From NCBI GenBank assembly GCA_034432015.1, contig DAOUCL010000043.1:1-61867 (forward strand): a stretch of DNA of 61,867 bases, written 5' to 3'. The stretch is from Dehalococcoidia bacterium (GTDB taxonomy: Bacteria; Chloroflexota; Dehalococcoidia; JAUQQI01). Under the pieces are notes generated by a model that did not search any database, had not been told where the DNA came from, and saw only the letters and a list, made by a program, of their open reading frames with translations. Positions 18,059 through 28,646 of this stretch are shown here, piece by piece; positions within the stretch are counted from its first letter, which is position 1; the number at the start of each line of letters is the position of its first letter. Position numbers and translations under genes: made by a program.

Positions 18059-18078
18059 GGAACCCTCCTTTCCCGGTA

Positions 18079-19200
18079 TTAACCCGTCCTTGCCAGGGCC
18101 CTAAGCTCGGGCCCGATTAAAGCCTGCTCGGTCTTCGGGTCGAAAAGGTGGAGCTTTTCCGGGTCAAATTCCAGCTCTAAAATCATCCCGGCCTCCACAT
18201 TCAGCATCCCCGCAAGCCAGACCGTCCAGGTGTGCCGCCCGCTCGTCACGTGGACTAAAGTTTCGCTCCCTAAAGGCTCTACCACCTCCACCCGACACCG
18301 AATCCCAGACCCCTTCGGGCCTGCCAGCCGGATATGCTCGGGCCTCACCCCAAGGACCACCTCGGGCCCGGCTCCCCCCGCCAAAAGGGCCTTCCCCAGT
18401 TGCTCGGAAAGCTCCACCTTAAAATCTTCTAAGTCTATATAAAGCTTCGAATCCTGGCTAAAAAGCCGGCCCTTAAAAAAGTTCATGGCCGGGCTGCCAA
18501 TAAACCCGGCCACAAAGATATTGGCCGGATGCTCGTAGACGTTCTGGGGGGTGTCCACCTGCTGGAGGACTCCCTTATTCATCACGGCAATCCGGGTCCC
18601 CATGGTCATCGCCTCAACCTGGTCGTGGGTCACGTAAACGGTAGTGGTCTTTAAGGCCTGGTGAAGCTTTTTAAGCTCGGCCCGGGTCTGGACCCTAAGC
18701 TTGGCATCTAAGTTGGATAAAGGCTCGTCCATCAAAAAGACCTTCGGCTCCCGGACAATCGCCCGGCCCAGGGCCACCCGCTGGCGCTGGCCCCCCGAAA
18801 GCTGCCGGGGCTTTCGGTCCAGAAGGTCGGCAATGCCCAGAATTTCGGCCACCTGCTTTACCCGCCGGTCAATCTCGGCCTTCGGGAAACCCCGCAGTTT
18901 AAGGCCGAAGGCCATGTTGTCGTAAACGCTCATGTGGGGGTAAAGGGCGTAGCTTTGAAAGACCATGGCCACGTCCCGGTCCCGGGGCGGAAGGTCGTTT
19001 ACGACCCGGTCGCCGATCCAGATAAGGCCGCTGGTGGGCTCCTCCAGGCCGGCCACAAGCCTTAAGGCCGTGGTCTTGCCGCAACCGGAAGGGCCCACCA
19101 GGACCAAAAACTCGCCGTCCTCGGCCGTAAGGGTAAGGTTATCAAGGGCAACCACCTGCCCAAACTTTTTCGTTACCTGGTCCCAGACTACCCGGGCCAC
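18079..19200 (-). CDS. sugar ABC transporter ATP-binding protein (MalK/UgpC/MsmX family)
   Basis: GPSGCGKTT, LSGGQRQRVALGRA, FLMDEPLSNLD, and a C-terminal TOBE-like domain. Confidence 0.9.
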   Translation of the reverse strand: MARVVWDQVTKKFGQVVALDNLTLTAEDGEFLVLVGPSGCGKTTALRLVAGLEEPTSGLIWIGDRVVNDLPPRDRDVAMVFQSYALYPHMSVYDNMAFGLKLRGFPKAEIDRRVKQVAEILGIADLLDRKPRQLSGGQRQRVALGRAIVREPKVFLMDEPLSNLDAKLRVQTRAELKKLHQALKTTTVYVTHDQVEAMTMGTRIAVMNKGVLQQVDTPQNVYEHPANIFVAGFIGSPAMNFFKGRLFSQDSKLYIDLEDFKVELSEQLGKALLAGGAGPEVVLGVRPEHIRLAGPKGSGIRCRVEVVEPLGSETLVHVTSGRHTWTVWLAGMLNVEAGMILELEFDPEKLHLFDPKTEQALIGPELRALARTG

Positions 19201-19237
19201 TGGAAACCTCCCTCAGAAGTGGCCGTTCAACCGCGGG

Positions 19238-19243
19238 ATTATA
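19238..19243 (-). promoter_or_regulatory. candidate -10 box for the sugar ABC operon
   Basis: The minus strand reads TATAAT inside an AT-rich island, 37 nt upstream of GTG 19200, with a GAGGGAGG RBS in between. Confidence 0.3.
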
Positions 19244-19295
19244 ACTTTAAATTTAAATTTTGCCTAACGTCAATCGGCCGGGCGAGCGGGCTTTT

Positions 19296-19952
19296 TTATT
19301 CTTCGGGGCTGGCCTGGTTGGCCCGAAGGTATTCGAGGCTACGCCGGTACCAGAATTCGTCGATGAGGCCCGTGTTGTAGTAATAGTTGAGCATCACCGT
19401 AAGGCGCAGAATCGGAACCAGGTTGTAGCCCCGGCGCCGGAGCCGCTCCGTTGCCCCCTGTTCCCGGTCCACCAGGACAATAACATCCCTCACCTTAAGG
19501 CCGTGGGCTTCGAGAATCCCGGCCGTTTCCAGAATGCTACCCCCGGTGGTTATCAGGTCGTCGATGATGAGGACCGTCTGGCCCTCTTCATAGCGGCCCT
19601 CGATCCGGTGGTCCCTTTCGCCCCCCGGCCGGACGTAAATCATCGGAGTTTCGGTGAGGAGGGAGAAGGCAGTGGCCAGGTGCAGGCCCCCAAAGGGGAC
19701 CCCGGCCACCAGGTCGAAGGGGGCGATGCGGGGGCGCCGGCGGGCCTGGCCGAAGCTGGTCTCCTGGCGAATAAGTTCGGCCACCGCCTTTAGATACCGG
19801 GGCTGGCTCACCAGCACCCGGGGATTGATGTAAACGGGCGAGTCGACCGTGGTGCGGCCCAGGGTGAAGCTCCCAAATTGAACCCCACCCAGGTCGAACA
19901 GCGCCCGGGCAAGCCACAGGTTACCTTTAAGTTCGTTGGATGCCGATTCCAT
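19296..19952 (-). CDS. pyrE: orotate phosphoribosyltransferase-like (type I PRTase)
   Basis: PRPP-binding loop VLIIDDLITTGGSILE and overall OPRTase-like layout. It is not in a pyr operon. Confidence 0.7.
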   Translation of the reverse strand: MESASNELKGNLWLARALFDLGGVQFGSFTLGRTTVDSPVYINPRVLVSQPRYLKAVAELIRQETSFGQARRRPRIAPFDLVAGVPFGGLHLATAFSLLTETPMIYVRPGGERDHRIEGRYEEGQTVLIIDDLITTGGSILETAGILEAHGLKVRDVIVLVDREQGATERLRRRGYNLVPILRLTVMLNYYYNTGLIDEFWYRRSLEYLRANQASPEE

Positions 19953-19987
19953 CGGGAATCTGGGGCCGAGGGCCGGCGGCCCCGAAC

Positions 19988-20284
19988 TTACGACTGCGAA
20001 TAACCGGACGAGGTCGAGCTCTGCCCGAGCTCACGGCGCAGGATTCGGCGGGCCTCTTCGCCGACCCCTAGCTGGAGGCAGTCCCGGTAAGTGGAAAGAA
20101 TCGCCTTATCCAGGAGCTTTATCAGCTCCGGCGGCAGCTCGTCGACCCGGTGCTGGCGGCGCAATCGGAGAAAACGCTCCAGTCGGCCGAGGAAGAAAAG
20201 CTCCAGCGGCGTGTAGGAGTGGCGCTCGCTCCGGGTTGCAGCACCGTTGCCGGCCGATTCTCCCACGGGCTTCCCCCTCGTCAC
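19988..20284 (-). CDS. hypothetical small protein (92-98 aa)
   Basis: Coding-like composition. The better start is GTG 20266, preceded by GAGGGGGA. No recognisable family. Confidence 0.4.
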   Translation of the reverse strand: MTRGKPVGESAGNGAATRSERHSYTPLELFFLGRLERFLRLRRQHRVDELPPELIKLLDKAILSTYRDCLQLGVGEEARRILRRELGQSSTSSGYSQS

Positions 20285-20446
20285 TTATTCTAGCTTAATA
20301 TTAGCACATGGGCCGGCCGCCCACAAATTTCCGCGGGAGCCGGGGGTTTTTCCTAACTAGGGCCGCACGGCCGTGGGCCCATACAGCCGGCAGTTCCTCC
20401 CGAAAACTAAAAAGCCCCGCCCGAACCGCCGGCCCGGCTTTAAGAC

Positions 20447-20455
20447 TGTGATAAT
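20447..20455 (+). promoter_or_regulatory. candidate extended -10 (TGTGATAAT) for gatB
   Basis: TGnGATAAT lies 10 nt upstream of ATG 20466. Confidence 0.35.
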
Positions 20456-20465
20456 ATAAGGCGGC

Positions 20466-21956
20466 ATGGAGTACGAGGCGGTCATCGGCCTTGAGGTCCA
20501 CTCCCAGCTTCTAACCCGGAGCAAAATGTTCTGCCGGTGCCCGGCCTTAGACTACGCCCGGGCCGAGCCCAACACCCGGGTCTGCCCCATCTGCCTGGGC
20601 ATGCCCGGGGTGCTGCCCGTCATCAATCGGCGGGCGGTTGAATACACCATTATGACCGGCCTTGCCCTCAACTGCGAAATCGCCCGGTTCTCCAAGTTCG
20701 ACCGCAAAAACTACATGTACCCCGACCTGATGAAAAACTACCAGATCTCCCAGTACGACCTGCCCCTCTGCCGCAACGGCTGGCTCGATATCGAACTAAA
20801 CGGCCGGTCAAAGCGAGTGGGCATTATCCGGGTCCACCTGGAGGAAGATACCGCCCGCCTCCTCCACCGGACCGACCCCTCGGGGGAAACTTACTCCTTG
20901 ATCGACGTTAACCGGAGCGGGGTGCCCCTCCTGGAGATCGTCACTGCCCCGGACCTCCGCTCCCCCGAAGAGGCCCGGGCCTTCCTCGTTAAGCTGCGGA
21001 CCATCCTACAGTACCTTGGGGTCTCTTCCGGGAGCATGGAGGAGGGCAGCCTGCGCTGCGATGCCAACGTAAGCGTTCGGCCCGTCGGGGAGGCCCGCTT
21101 CGGCACCAAGGTCGAGGTCAAGAACATGAACAGCTTCCGCTCGGTGTACCGGGCCCTGGCCTACGAAATCGAGCGGCAGATCGGCCTCCTTAAAGCCGGC
21201 CGGCAAATAACTCAGGAGACCCGGGGCTGGCTGGAAGATAAGGGCATAACCGTACCCCAGCGCACCAAAGAGTACGCCCACGACTACCGTTACTTTCCCG
21301 AACCCGACCTTCCGCCCCTTACGCCGGCCCCGGAGTGGGTGGAGTCCATCCGCCAAAGGCTTCCCGAACTGCCCGACGCCCGCCGGGACCGCTTCATGGC
21401 CGAGTACGGGCTGGGCCGCTACGATGCCGCCCTCCTGACCGAAGAGAAGGCCCTGGCCGACTTCTTCGAGGCGGCCGTAAAGCTTACCGAGGGCCGGCCG
21501 GCCCTGGCCAAGGTTCCCCTGCCCCAGCGGGCCAAATCCCTGGCCAACTGGCTGCTTAATGAAACCCGGGGGCTGCTGGAGGCCACCGGCCGCGGTCTGG
21601 CCGAGACGGGCCTCGGGCCGGAGCATTACGTGGAGCTCCTTGAGCTCCTGGAAGAGGGGACGTTAAGCAGCCGGCTCGCCAAGCAGGTCTTCGAGGAGGT
21701 CTTCCGCACCGGCAAACTGCCCCGTCAGGTGGTGGCCGAACAGGGGCTGGTGCGCATCACCGACGTTGACCAGCTCCTGGCCGTTATCGACCGGGTAATC
21801 GCCGAGAATCCGGCCGCCGTCGCCGACTACCAGAAGGGCAAGGCCCAGGCCCTCACCTTCCTGGTGGGCCAGGTGATGAAGGCGACCCGGGGCAAGGCTG
21901 ACCCGGCCCTCACCAACCAACTGCTGCGAGAGCGGCTGGGGGGCAGTTTAGGATGA
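20466..21956 (+). CDS. gatB: Asp-tRNA(Asn)/Glu-tRNA(Gln) amidotransferase subunit B
   Basis: [20 protein letters not shown] and a full-length GatB pattern with a C-terminal YqeY-like tail. Confidence 0.95.
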   Translation: MEYEAVIGLEVHSQLLTRSKMFCRCPALDYARAEPNTRVCPICLGMPGVLPVINRRAVEYTIMTGLALNCEIARFSKFDRKNYMYPDLMKNYQISQYDLPLCRNGWLDIELNGRSKRVGIIRVHLEEDTARLLHRTDPSGETYSLIDVNRSGVPLLEIVTAPDLRSPEEARAFLVKLRTILQYLGVSSGSMEEGSLRCDANVSVRPVGEARFGTKVEVKNMNSFRSVYRALAYEIERQIGLLKAGRQITQETRGWLEDKGITVPQRTKEYAHDYRYFPEPDLPPLTPAPEWVESIRQRLPELPDARRDRFMAEYGLGRYDAALLTEEKALADFFEAAVKLTEGRPALAKVPLPQRAKSLANWLLNETRGLLEATGRGLAETGLGPEHYVELLELLEEGTLSSRLAKQVFEEVFRTGKLPRQVVAEQGLVRITDVDQLLAVIDRVIAENPAAVADYQKGKAQALTFLVGQVMKATRGKADPALTNQLLRERLGGSLG

Positions 21957-23251
21957 GCCTGCTCAGGTGGCTTTCCCCCGGCATCGAGGTAAAGCGCTGG
22001 CTTATCGTCCTGGGGCTGGGCATCGCCGTGGTGGGCCTGGGCCTCGGCTACGTGCTCCGGGATATTTATGATTATTACACCTTCCCCGAGTGGGTTTACT
22101 ACGCCACCCTCCAGTTTCTGCCCCGTTGGGTTCGGGCGCTCCTCTTTTTGGGGGCCGGGCTGGGGCTTATCGGGTTCGGCCTTTATAAGCTAAACCGCTC
22201 CCTCCTTTCGGCCGTGCACGGCGACTATTCGGGCGCCCAGCTCTTAGACATCCTTCACCGGCGCCGCTACCTTAAGCGGGGACCTCGGGTCGTGGCGGTC
22301 GGGGGCGGCACCGGCCTTTCCACCCTGCTTCGGGGCCTTAAAAATTACACCGGCCAAATCACCGCCGTCGTTACCGTGGCCGACGACGGCGGGAGCTCCG
22401 GCCGCCTCCGGGAGGAGCTGGGCATCCTGCCCCCGGGGGACATCCGCAACTGCATCACCGCCCTGGCCACCGCCGAGCCCCTCATGACCCGGCTCTTCGA
22501 GTACCGGTTCAAGAACGGGGGCGGCCTCGAGGGCCACAGCTTCGGCAACCTTTTCATCGCCGCCCTGACGGAGGTTACCGGCAGCTTTGAAAAGGCGGTC
22601 CTGGAGTCGGGCCGGGTCCTGGCCGTGCAGGGCCGGGTCCTGCCGGCAACCCTGGAGGATATCCAGCTCTGCGCCGAGCTGGAGACGGGCGAGGTGGTCC
22701 GGGGGGAATCGAAGATCCCAAAGCGGACCGGCCGGATTCGGCGGGTCTTCCTAGTACCCCCCGACCCGCCGGCCTACGCGGCCGCGGTGCAGGCGATCCT
22801 CGACGCCGACCTGGTGGTTCTGGGGCCGGGAAGCCTTTACACCAGTGTCCTGCCCAACCTGATGGTTTCGGGCATCCGGGAGGCCCTGCGGGCCACCCGG
22901 GCCCTGCGGGTTTACGTCTGCAACGTGGCCACCCAGAAGGGCGAGACGGACAACTTCACCGTGGCCGACCACATCCGGACCCTGGTGGACCAGGCCGGGG
23001 GCGGCATCTTCGATTACGTCCTGGCCAACAGCCTCCCGGCCAAAAGCACCCACCCAGAGTGGGAGGTGGTCAAACCGGAGCCCGGCGGACCCCTCCCTTC
23101 CGGCGTCCGGGTGGTCTGGGCCCCTATTATCAACGAGGCCAATCCCCACTATCACGACCCGGACCGTCTGGCCCAGGCCCTCCTCGACCTCTACTTCCGG
23201 CACCGGCGGAATCTGGGCAAACTTTTCACGGTGGGCTCCGTCAAAAGATAA
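21953..23251 (+). CDS. YvcK/CofD-family (UPF0052, gluconeogenesis-factor-like) protein with an N-terminal two-TM extension
   Basis: [18 protein letters not shown]...[15 protein letters not shown]...PGDIRNC. About 95 N-terminal residues contain two hydrophobic helices. The ATG overlaps the gatB stop (ATGA). Confidence 0.8.
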   Translation: MSLLRWLSPGIEVKRWLIVLGLGIAVVGLGLGYVLRDIYDYYTFPEWVYYATLQFLPRWVRALLFLGAGLGLIGFGLYKLNRSLLSAVHGDYSGAQLLDILHRRRYLKRGPRVVAVGGGTGLSTLLRGLKNYTGQITAVVTVADDGGSSGRLREELGILPPGDIRNCITALATAEPLMTRLFEYRFKNGGGLEGHSFGNLFIAALTEVTGSFEKAVLESGRVLAVQGRVLPATLEDIQLCAELETGEVVRGESKIPKRTGRIRRVFLVPPDPPAYAAAVQAILDADLVVLGPGSLYTSVLPNLMVSGIREALRATRALRVYVCNVATQKGETDNFTVADHIRTLVDQAGGGIFDYVLANSLPAKSTHPEWEVVKPEPGGPLPSGVRVVWAPIINEANPHYHDPDRLAQALLDLYFRHRRNLGKLFTVGSVKR

Positions 23252-23268
23252 AAGCATCTTAAAACACA

Positions 23269-26200
23269 ATGGCGGCAGCCAGAGTTGTGGCGCTGAGCCT
23301 GCGGGGTCTTGGGGTCGAGGCCGGGGAGCTGGTGCGGCGGTGGGCCGGCCCGGCGGCGGAGTTTCTGGCCGCGGCCGGGGTGGTGGCCGCCGGCTTGGCC
23401 TTCCTCGGACCCCTTTTGCGGGCCGGGCTGGTTTACTACGAGCGGGATACGGTCGTCTTTTACTACCCGGTCCTGGCGGCCATCCACGACCGCCTGCGGG
23501 GATTTGAACTCCCCCTCTGGACCCCCCACATCCTCGGGGGATATCCCCTCTTCGCCGACGGGGAGGTGGGGGCCTTCTACCCGCCGGTCTTTTTCGGGGC
23601 CCTCCTGCTCGGGCCCGCGGAGCTTTTCGTCGCCCTGGTCGCCGCCCACCTGGTCCTGGCCGGTCTGACCATGTACGCCTTCGGCCGCACCCTGGGTCTG
23701 GGTCGGGTCGGGGCCGTGGCCTCGGCCTGCGCTTATATGCTTTCCGGCTTTACGGTGGCCCAGGTCCACCACCTTAACATCCTGGCCGGTCTGGCCTGGG
23801 CGCCCCTGGTTTTCGCCCTGGCCGAGGCCGCCTTCCGCCGGCGGGACCGGCCCCGCCTGGCCGCCCTCGTGGGGGCCGGGGTGGCCTTCGGCCTTCAATG
23901 TCTTACCGTCCACGTGCAGGTGCCGATGATGACGGGCTTCGGCCTCGCCGTCTACGTGGCGGGCCGGGTCCTCTTAGGCCCGGCGGCAGGCCTTGGGGTA
24001 TCAAACCCCCTCCGGGACCCGGGCCGAACCCTGGCCGCGGCGGCCGGCCGGCTCGGCCTTGGCCTGGGCATCCTCCTGGGAGTTCCCCTCGTGGGGGGAG
24101 TGGTCGGGGCGGTTCAGCTTCTGCCCCTCCACGAGCTGGGAACCTTCTCAGCCCGGGCGACCGGCCTAAGCTACGAACTGGCCGGCCGCCATGCCGTTGC
24201 CCCACCCCACCTCTGGACCCTGGTTAATCCCTACTTTTTCCGAACACCCGAAGGCTTTGACTGGTCCCTCTGGTCCCCCTGGGAGACGGCCGTCTACGTC
24301 GGGACGGCCGTCCTTTTCCTGGGCCTGACCGGCCTGATTTTCGGGCCCTGGCGGACGGCCATCCCCCTGGCCGGGGTCGGGCTGGGCGGACTGCTGGTCG
24401 CCCTGGCTTATTACGCCCCGGTGAACGTCCACTTCTGGCTCTGGCAAGTTCACCCCTACAACCTGATTCGGGCCCCCGGCCGGTTCAGCCTGCTTTTTGC
24501 CCTGGGCATGGGCGCCCTGGCCGGCCTCGGGCTCCAGGCCATCCTCACCGCCGCCGGCTGGCGGCGCCGGTTGCTCCTGGTCTGGGTGGGCCTCTGGGCC
24601 GCCGGCATCTGGGCCGGTCAGGAACTCCTTCGGCAGGCCGCCGCCGACGTGGCCCGGAAGGCCGAGTGGGTGGCCGGGTGGGTGGATTATTACCTTTCCC
24701 TGCCCCGGATGGGTCGGCTGCCGGCCCGGGCCCTGACCGAGGACCGGGTCTACGAGGGGTTGCGGGCAAGCCTTTCCCCCGACAACTTCTGGTTCCAGGC
24801 GGCCGCCGTCTGGGTCGGCCTGACCCTGCTGGCCGCCGCCCTGGCCCTGGGCCTCCGCCGGGGCCGGCCGGTCATCCTCGGGGCCGTGCCGGTAATCGTC
24901 GCCGCCGAGCTCATCCTGGCCGGGCGGCCCTTCCACCCGGTGATGCTTATAAGCGAGCTGACCGCCCCCCAGCCCCTGGCCGCCGAGCTGAAAAAGCTGG
25001 TGGGTCCCGGCGACCGGGTTTTCACCCTCCCCGGGGCCGGCCTCGAGCCCAACACCCTGCTGCCCCTGGGGTTGAGCGACCTAAACGGCTACACCTCCCT
25101 GGTTTACGCCCGCCATTTAAGCTTTATTGCGGCCGCCGGCTGGGTGGAGGGCCCCCTCCTGGATGCGGCCGCCGTCAAGTACGTCGTCCGCCGGGGCCGG
25201 TACGTGCCCCTCCCGTCGGCGGAGCTTACCGCCTACGACCCGACCCGGCCCCTGCTGAGCGCCGCGGCCGGGGGCGCGGCCTCCGCCGCCGGATTCCGGG
25301 TTTCGCCTGTTTTTGAGGCCGAAGAGGTCCGGGTGATCTCCCTCCTGCAGAACAGCCTTAACGTGGGGCAGGGAACGCCGGTGGGGGAAGTGGTCCTTAT
25401 CGGCCCCGGTGGGGAGCGGGCCGAGCTCCGGCTCCTGGCCGGGGTCCACACCGCCGAATGGGCCTACGACCGGGCCGATGTCCGGCCGGTGGTGAAACAC
25501 GCCAAGCCCGGGGTGGCGGCCCAGTGGAAGACCATCGGTTTTGAGGCCAACGCCTACCTGGCCAAGTTTTCCCTCCCCCGGCCCTTCCCCGTAGCCCGGG
25601 TCCAGTTGAAGAGCCTTACCACGGGGGCGACCTGGCAGCTTTACGGCCTCAGCTTGGTGAGCTACCGCCGGGGCCAGGTCTATAACCTGGACCCCCTAAG
25701 CCGGGAGCGGTTTAACGTCGTCCGGCAGGGGGAGGACGGCATCGTCCTGGAAAATACCCGGGCGCTGCCCCGGGCCTTTTTGGTGGGGCAGTCGGCGGTG
25801 CTTCCGCCGGGCTCCGACGTGCTGGCCTTTATGCAGGGCGGCCCCTACGACCCGGCCCGGATGGTGGTCTTTGAGGCCCCGGGGGCCCCGCCCGAGTACC
25901 TGGTCGATTCCCTGCGGCTGGAGGCTGCCCCGAACCGGAACCAGCCGGGCACCGTCCGCTGGCTGGCCGACGAGCCGGAGCGCCTCCGCCTCGAGGTTTC
26001 AACCCCCTACTGGGCTTACCTGGTTCTGGCCGACAGCTACTATCCCGGCTGGTCGGCCACCGTGGACGGGGTGCCGGTCCGGATTTACCGGGCCAATTAC
26101 ATCTTTCGGGCCGTCCAGGTCCCGCCGGGGGTCCACCAGGTGGAGCTCCGCTACCTGCCCGAAAGCTTCCGGCGGGGCTACGTTATAACCTCGGCCGGCG

Positions 26201-26286
26201 CGGCCATCCTGGCCCTTTTGCTTTTGGAGCTTCGGCTGGGGATTTTCGGCCGGCTGGCGGGCCGGTGGTGGGGGAGGCTTCGGTGA
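23269..26286 (+). CDS. YfhO-family (GT-C-like) polytopic membrane protein, 1005 aa
   Basis: More than 12 TM helices at the N-terminus, LW.P.I.GG.PLFA motif, and the C-terminal YYPGWSATVDGVPV.IYRANYIFRAV.VP.G.H.VEL.Y typical of YfhO proteins. Confidence 0.7.
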   Translation: MAAARVVALSLRGLGVEAGELVRRWAGPAAEFLAAAGVVAAGLAFLGPLLRAGLVYYERDTVVFYYPVLAAIHDRLRGFELPLWTPHILGGYPLFADGEVGAFYPPVFFGALLLGPAELFVALVAAHLVLAGLTMYAFGRTLGLGRVGAVASACAYMLSGFTVAQVHHLNILAGLAWAPLVFALAEAAFRRRDRPRLAALVGAGVAFGLQCLTVHVQVPMMTGFGLAVYVAGRVLLGPAAGLGVSNPLRDPGRTLAAAAGRLGLGLGILLGVPLVGGVVGAVQLLPLHELGTFSARATGLSYELAGRHAVAPPHLWTLVNPYFFRTPEGFDWSLWSPWETAVYVGTAVLFLGLTGLIFGPWRTAIPLAGVGLGGLLVALAYYAPVNVHFWLWQVHPYNLIRAPGRFSLLFALGMGALAGLGLQAILTAAGWRRRLLLVWVGLWAAGIWAGQELLRQAAADVARKAEWVAGWVDYYLSLPRMGRLPARALTEDRVYEGLRASLSPDNFWFQAAAVWVGLTLLAAALALGLRRGRPVILGAVPVIVAAELILAGRPFHPVMLISELTAPQPLAAELKKLVGPGDRVFTLPGAGLEPNTLLPLGLSDLNGYTSLVYARHLSFIAAAGWVEGPLLDAAAVKYVVRRGRYVPLPSAELTAYDPTRPLLSAAAGGAASAAGFRVSPVFEAEEVRVISLLQNSLNVGQGTPVGEVVLIGPGGERAELRLLAGVHTAEWAYDRADVRPVVKHAKPGVAAQWKTIGFEANAYLAKFSLPRPFPVARVQLKSLTTGATWQLYGLSLVSYRRGQVYNLDPLSRERFNVVRQGEDGIVLENTRALPRAFLVGQSAVLPPGSDVLAFMQGGPYDPARMVVFEAPGAPPEYLVDSLRLEAAPNRNQPGTVRWLADEPERLRLEVSTPYWAYLVLADSYYPGWSATVDGVPVRIYRANYIFRAVQVPPGVHQVELRYLPESFRRGYVITSAGAAILALLLLELRLGIFGRLAGRWWGRLR

Positions 26287-28646
26287 AGGCCGTCGGGGCC
26301 ACGGCCGGTATCTCCCCGGCGGTTAGCGGTCGCCTGGCCCTGCCGGCCGCCCTGGCCGCCTTTTTCCTCTCGGGGTTTGCGGCCCTCCTCTATCAGGTGG
26401 TCTGGCAGCGGATGCTGGTCCTCTTCTCCGGGGCCGACGTCTACTCGGTAACGGTGACCGTGGCCGCCTTTATGGCCGGCTTAGGCTGCGGCAGCCTGGC
26501 CGGAGGTCACATCGCCGACCGGCTTCCCCGCAACCGGGCGTTGGCCCTCTTCGGCCTGGCCGAGCTTTTGGTGGGGGCCTTTGCCCTGCTGAGCAAGGGG
26601 TTTTATTATGACTTTTTGTACGTCCAGCACGGTTACCTGGCCCGGGACCTCTTAAGCCTGGGGGTAATCCTCTTTTTAAGCATGCTCTTTCCCACCTTCT
26701 TTATGGGGATGTCCTTGCCCCTCCTTTCCCGGGCGCTGACCTCCACCCTGGAGGCGGCCCCCGGAACCATCGGGGCCCTCTACGGGGTGAATACCTTCGG
26801 GGCGGCGGTGGGGTCCTTGGTTACCACCTGGTTTATCCTGCGCCGGATGGACTTCGAAGCGGCCCTCCACCTCGGGGCCGCCCTCAACCTCGCCTGCGCC
26901 GCCACCGCCATCCCCCTCGGCCTCCTGGCTGCCCCGGTCCCTTCCCGGGGCCCCCAGCCGGCGCCGGCCACAAACATTGGCCGGTCCGGCCTCGGCTTTG
27001 GGGCCTGGGCCGCCGTCTACGGCCTGACGGGGTTTATAAACCTCTCCCTGGAGGTCCTCTGGTTTCGGCTGCTCAGCACCATGCTCAAGGCCACCGCCTT
27101 CACCTTCGGCACCCTCCTGGGAATCTACCTAGGGGGCCTTGCCCTGGGAACCCTGGCCGGCATCGGCCTGGTAGGCCGGAGCCGGAATCCGGCCCGAACT
27201 TTTCTGCTGTTGGAGGCTGCCGTCGGGACCTACGCCCTGGTATCCCTGGCCCTGCTGGTGGGGGCCGTCGACCGGGTGCCCGCCCTGGCCCCCCTCTGGC
27301 ACTACCTCGGGGGGTACGAGCCCTTAGACGTCGGGCAGGCCCTGGCCAACCTGCGGGAATACCTGCTGGGGCTGGCCCCCTTCGACCCGGCCGCGGACCG
27401 CCTGACCTTGAAGTTTCTGGGGATTTACTTCCTACTGCCGGCGGCCGTCGTTGGACCCCCGACCTTTTTGATGGGCCTCAGTTTCCCCTTCTTGCAAAAG
27501 GCCACCCAGACCGACGCCGAAAAGGTCGGCCGGCGGGTGGGCTGGCTTCAGACGGCCAACATTGCCGGCAGCCTGGGCGGCACGGCGGCCACCGGTGCCG
27601 TCCTGCTGGGGGTGCTGGGAACGGCCGAAACCCTCCGGCTTCTGATGGTCTTAAGCGGCGGCCTCCTGCTACTGGCCGCCGGCCTCGCCGGGTCCCCGGC
27701 CCGGGGGGTCGCCTGGGCCCTCCCGGCGCTGGGCCTCTGGGCGGCGGCCCTCCTGGGGGGACCCCCGGCCGACCTCCTCTGGGCCAAGCTCCACGGCACC
27801 ACCCCGGACCGAATAATCTTTTTTGAGGACGGCTCCGGCCTCTCTCTGATAAAAAACGAACGGCCGGATTTCGGGGGCCGTTCGTTTATTTTTGCCAACG
27901 GCCGAGGGGAAAGCTGGGTGCCCTACGGCGGAACCCACACCCTCCTGGGAATACTGCCGGCCGTGCTCCACCCGGACCCCAAAGAGGTCGCCGTCATCGG
28001 CCTCGGGTCGGGGGATACCCTCTTCAACATCGCCAGCCGGCCCGAGACCGTCCGGGTGACCTGCATTGAGATCGTCGCCTCCCAGCCGGACGCCCTCCGG
28101 GCCCTGGCCGCCCGCCAGCTTTACCGGCCCCTCCGGCTGCTCTGGGCTGACCCCCGCATTGAGCTGGTGGTCGGGGACGGCCGCACCTACCTGGCCCGCA
28201 CCGACCGGAAGTTCGACATCATCGAGGCCGACGCCCTCCGGCCCAACAGCGCCTACGCCGGAAACCTCTACTCCCTGGAGTACTTCACCCTGATACGGGA
28301 ACGGCTTAAGCCCGGGGGCCTGGCGGTCACCTGGGTGCCGACCCTGCGCACCCACGACACCTTCGTAAAGGCCTTCCCCTACGTGGTGAGCTTCGGCATC
28401 ATCCTGGTGGGGAGCAACGAGCCCATCATGGTCGACCGGGAGGCCATCTGGCGCCGGCTCGCCGACCCCTTCGTTGTGGACCGTTACCGGGATTCGGGCC
28501 TGGATATCCCCGGCGGCCTCCGCTGGCTTTTAGATACCTATCCGCCGGCCTTTATCGGGCCCGAGTTTGACCGGTCCACCATAACAGACATAAACCGAGA
28601 CCTTCGGCCCAAGGATGAGTTTATGGTTGCGGGGAGGTTGCCATGA
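26283..28646 (+). CDS. fused polytopic membrane / spermidine-synthase-like (class I methyltransferase-fold) protein
   Basis: N-terminal FLSGFAALLYQVVWQRML, then VIGLGSGDT ... GDGRTYL ... FDIIEADA. GTG 26283 overlaps the yfhO stop (GTGA) and follows GGAGG. Confidence 0.75.
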   Translation: MKAVGATAGISPAVSGRLALPAALAAFFLSGFAALLYQVVWQRMLVLFSGADVYSVTVTVAAFMAGLGCGSLAGGHIADRLPRNRALALFGLAELLVGAFALLSKGFYYDFLYVQHGYLARDLLSLGVILFLSMLFPTFFMGMSLPLLSRALTSTLEAAPGTIGALYGVNTFGAAVGSLVTTWFILRRMDFEAALHLGAALNLACAATAIPLGLLAAPVPSRGPQPAPATNIGRSGLGFGAWAAVYGLTGFINLSLEVLWFRLLSTMLKATAFTFGTLLGIYLGGLALGTLAGIGLVGRSRNPARTFLLLEAAVGTYALVSLALLVGAVDRVPALAPLWHYLGGYEPLDVGQALANLREYLLGLAPFDPAADRLTLKFLGIYFLLPAAVVGPPTFLMGLSFPFLQKATQTDAEKVGRRVGWLQTANIAGSLGGTAATGAVLLGVLGTAETLRLLMVLSGGLLLLAAGLAGSPARGVAWALPALGLWAAALLGGPPADLLWAKLHGTTPDRIIFFEDGSGLSLIKNERPDFGGRSFIFANGRGESWVPYGGTHTLLGILPAVLHPDPKEVAVIGLGSGDTLFNIASRPETVRVTCIEIVASQPDALRALAARQLYRPLRLLWADPRIELVVGDGRTYLARTDRKFDIIEADALRPNSAYAGNLYSLEYFTLIRERLKPGGLAVTWVPTLRTHDTFVKAFPYVVSFGIILVGSNEPIMVDREAIWRRLADPFVVDRYRDSGLDIPGGLRWLLDTYPPAFIGPEFDRSTITDINRDLRPKDEFMVAGRLP

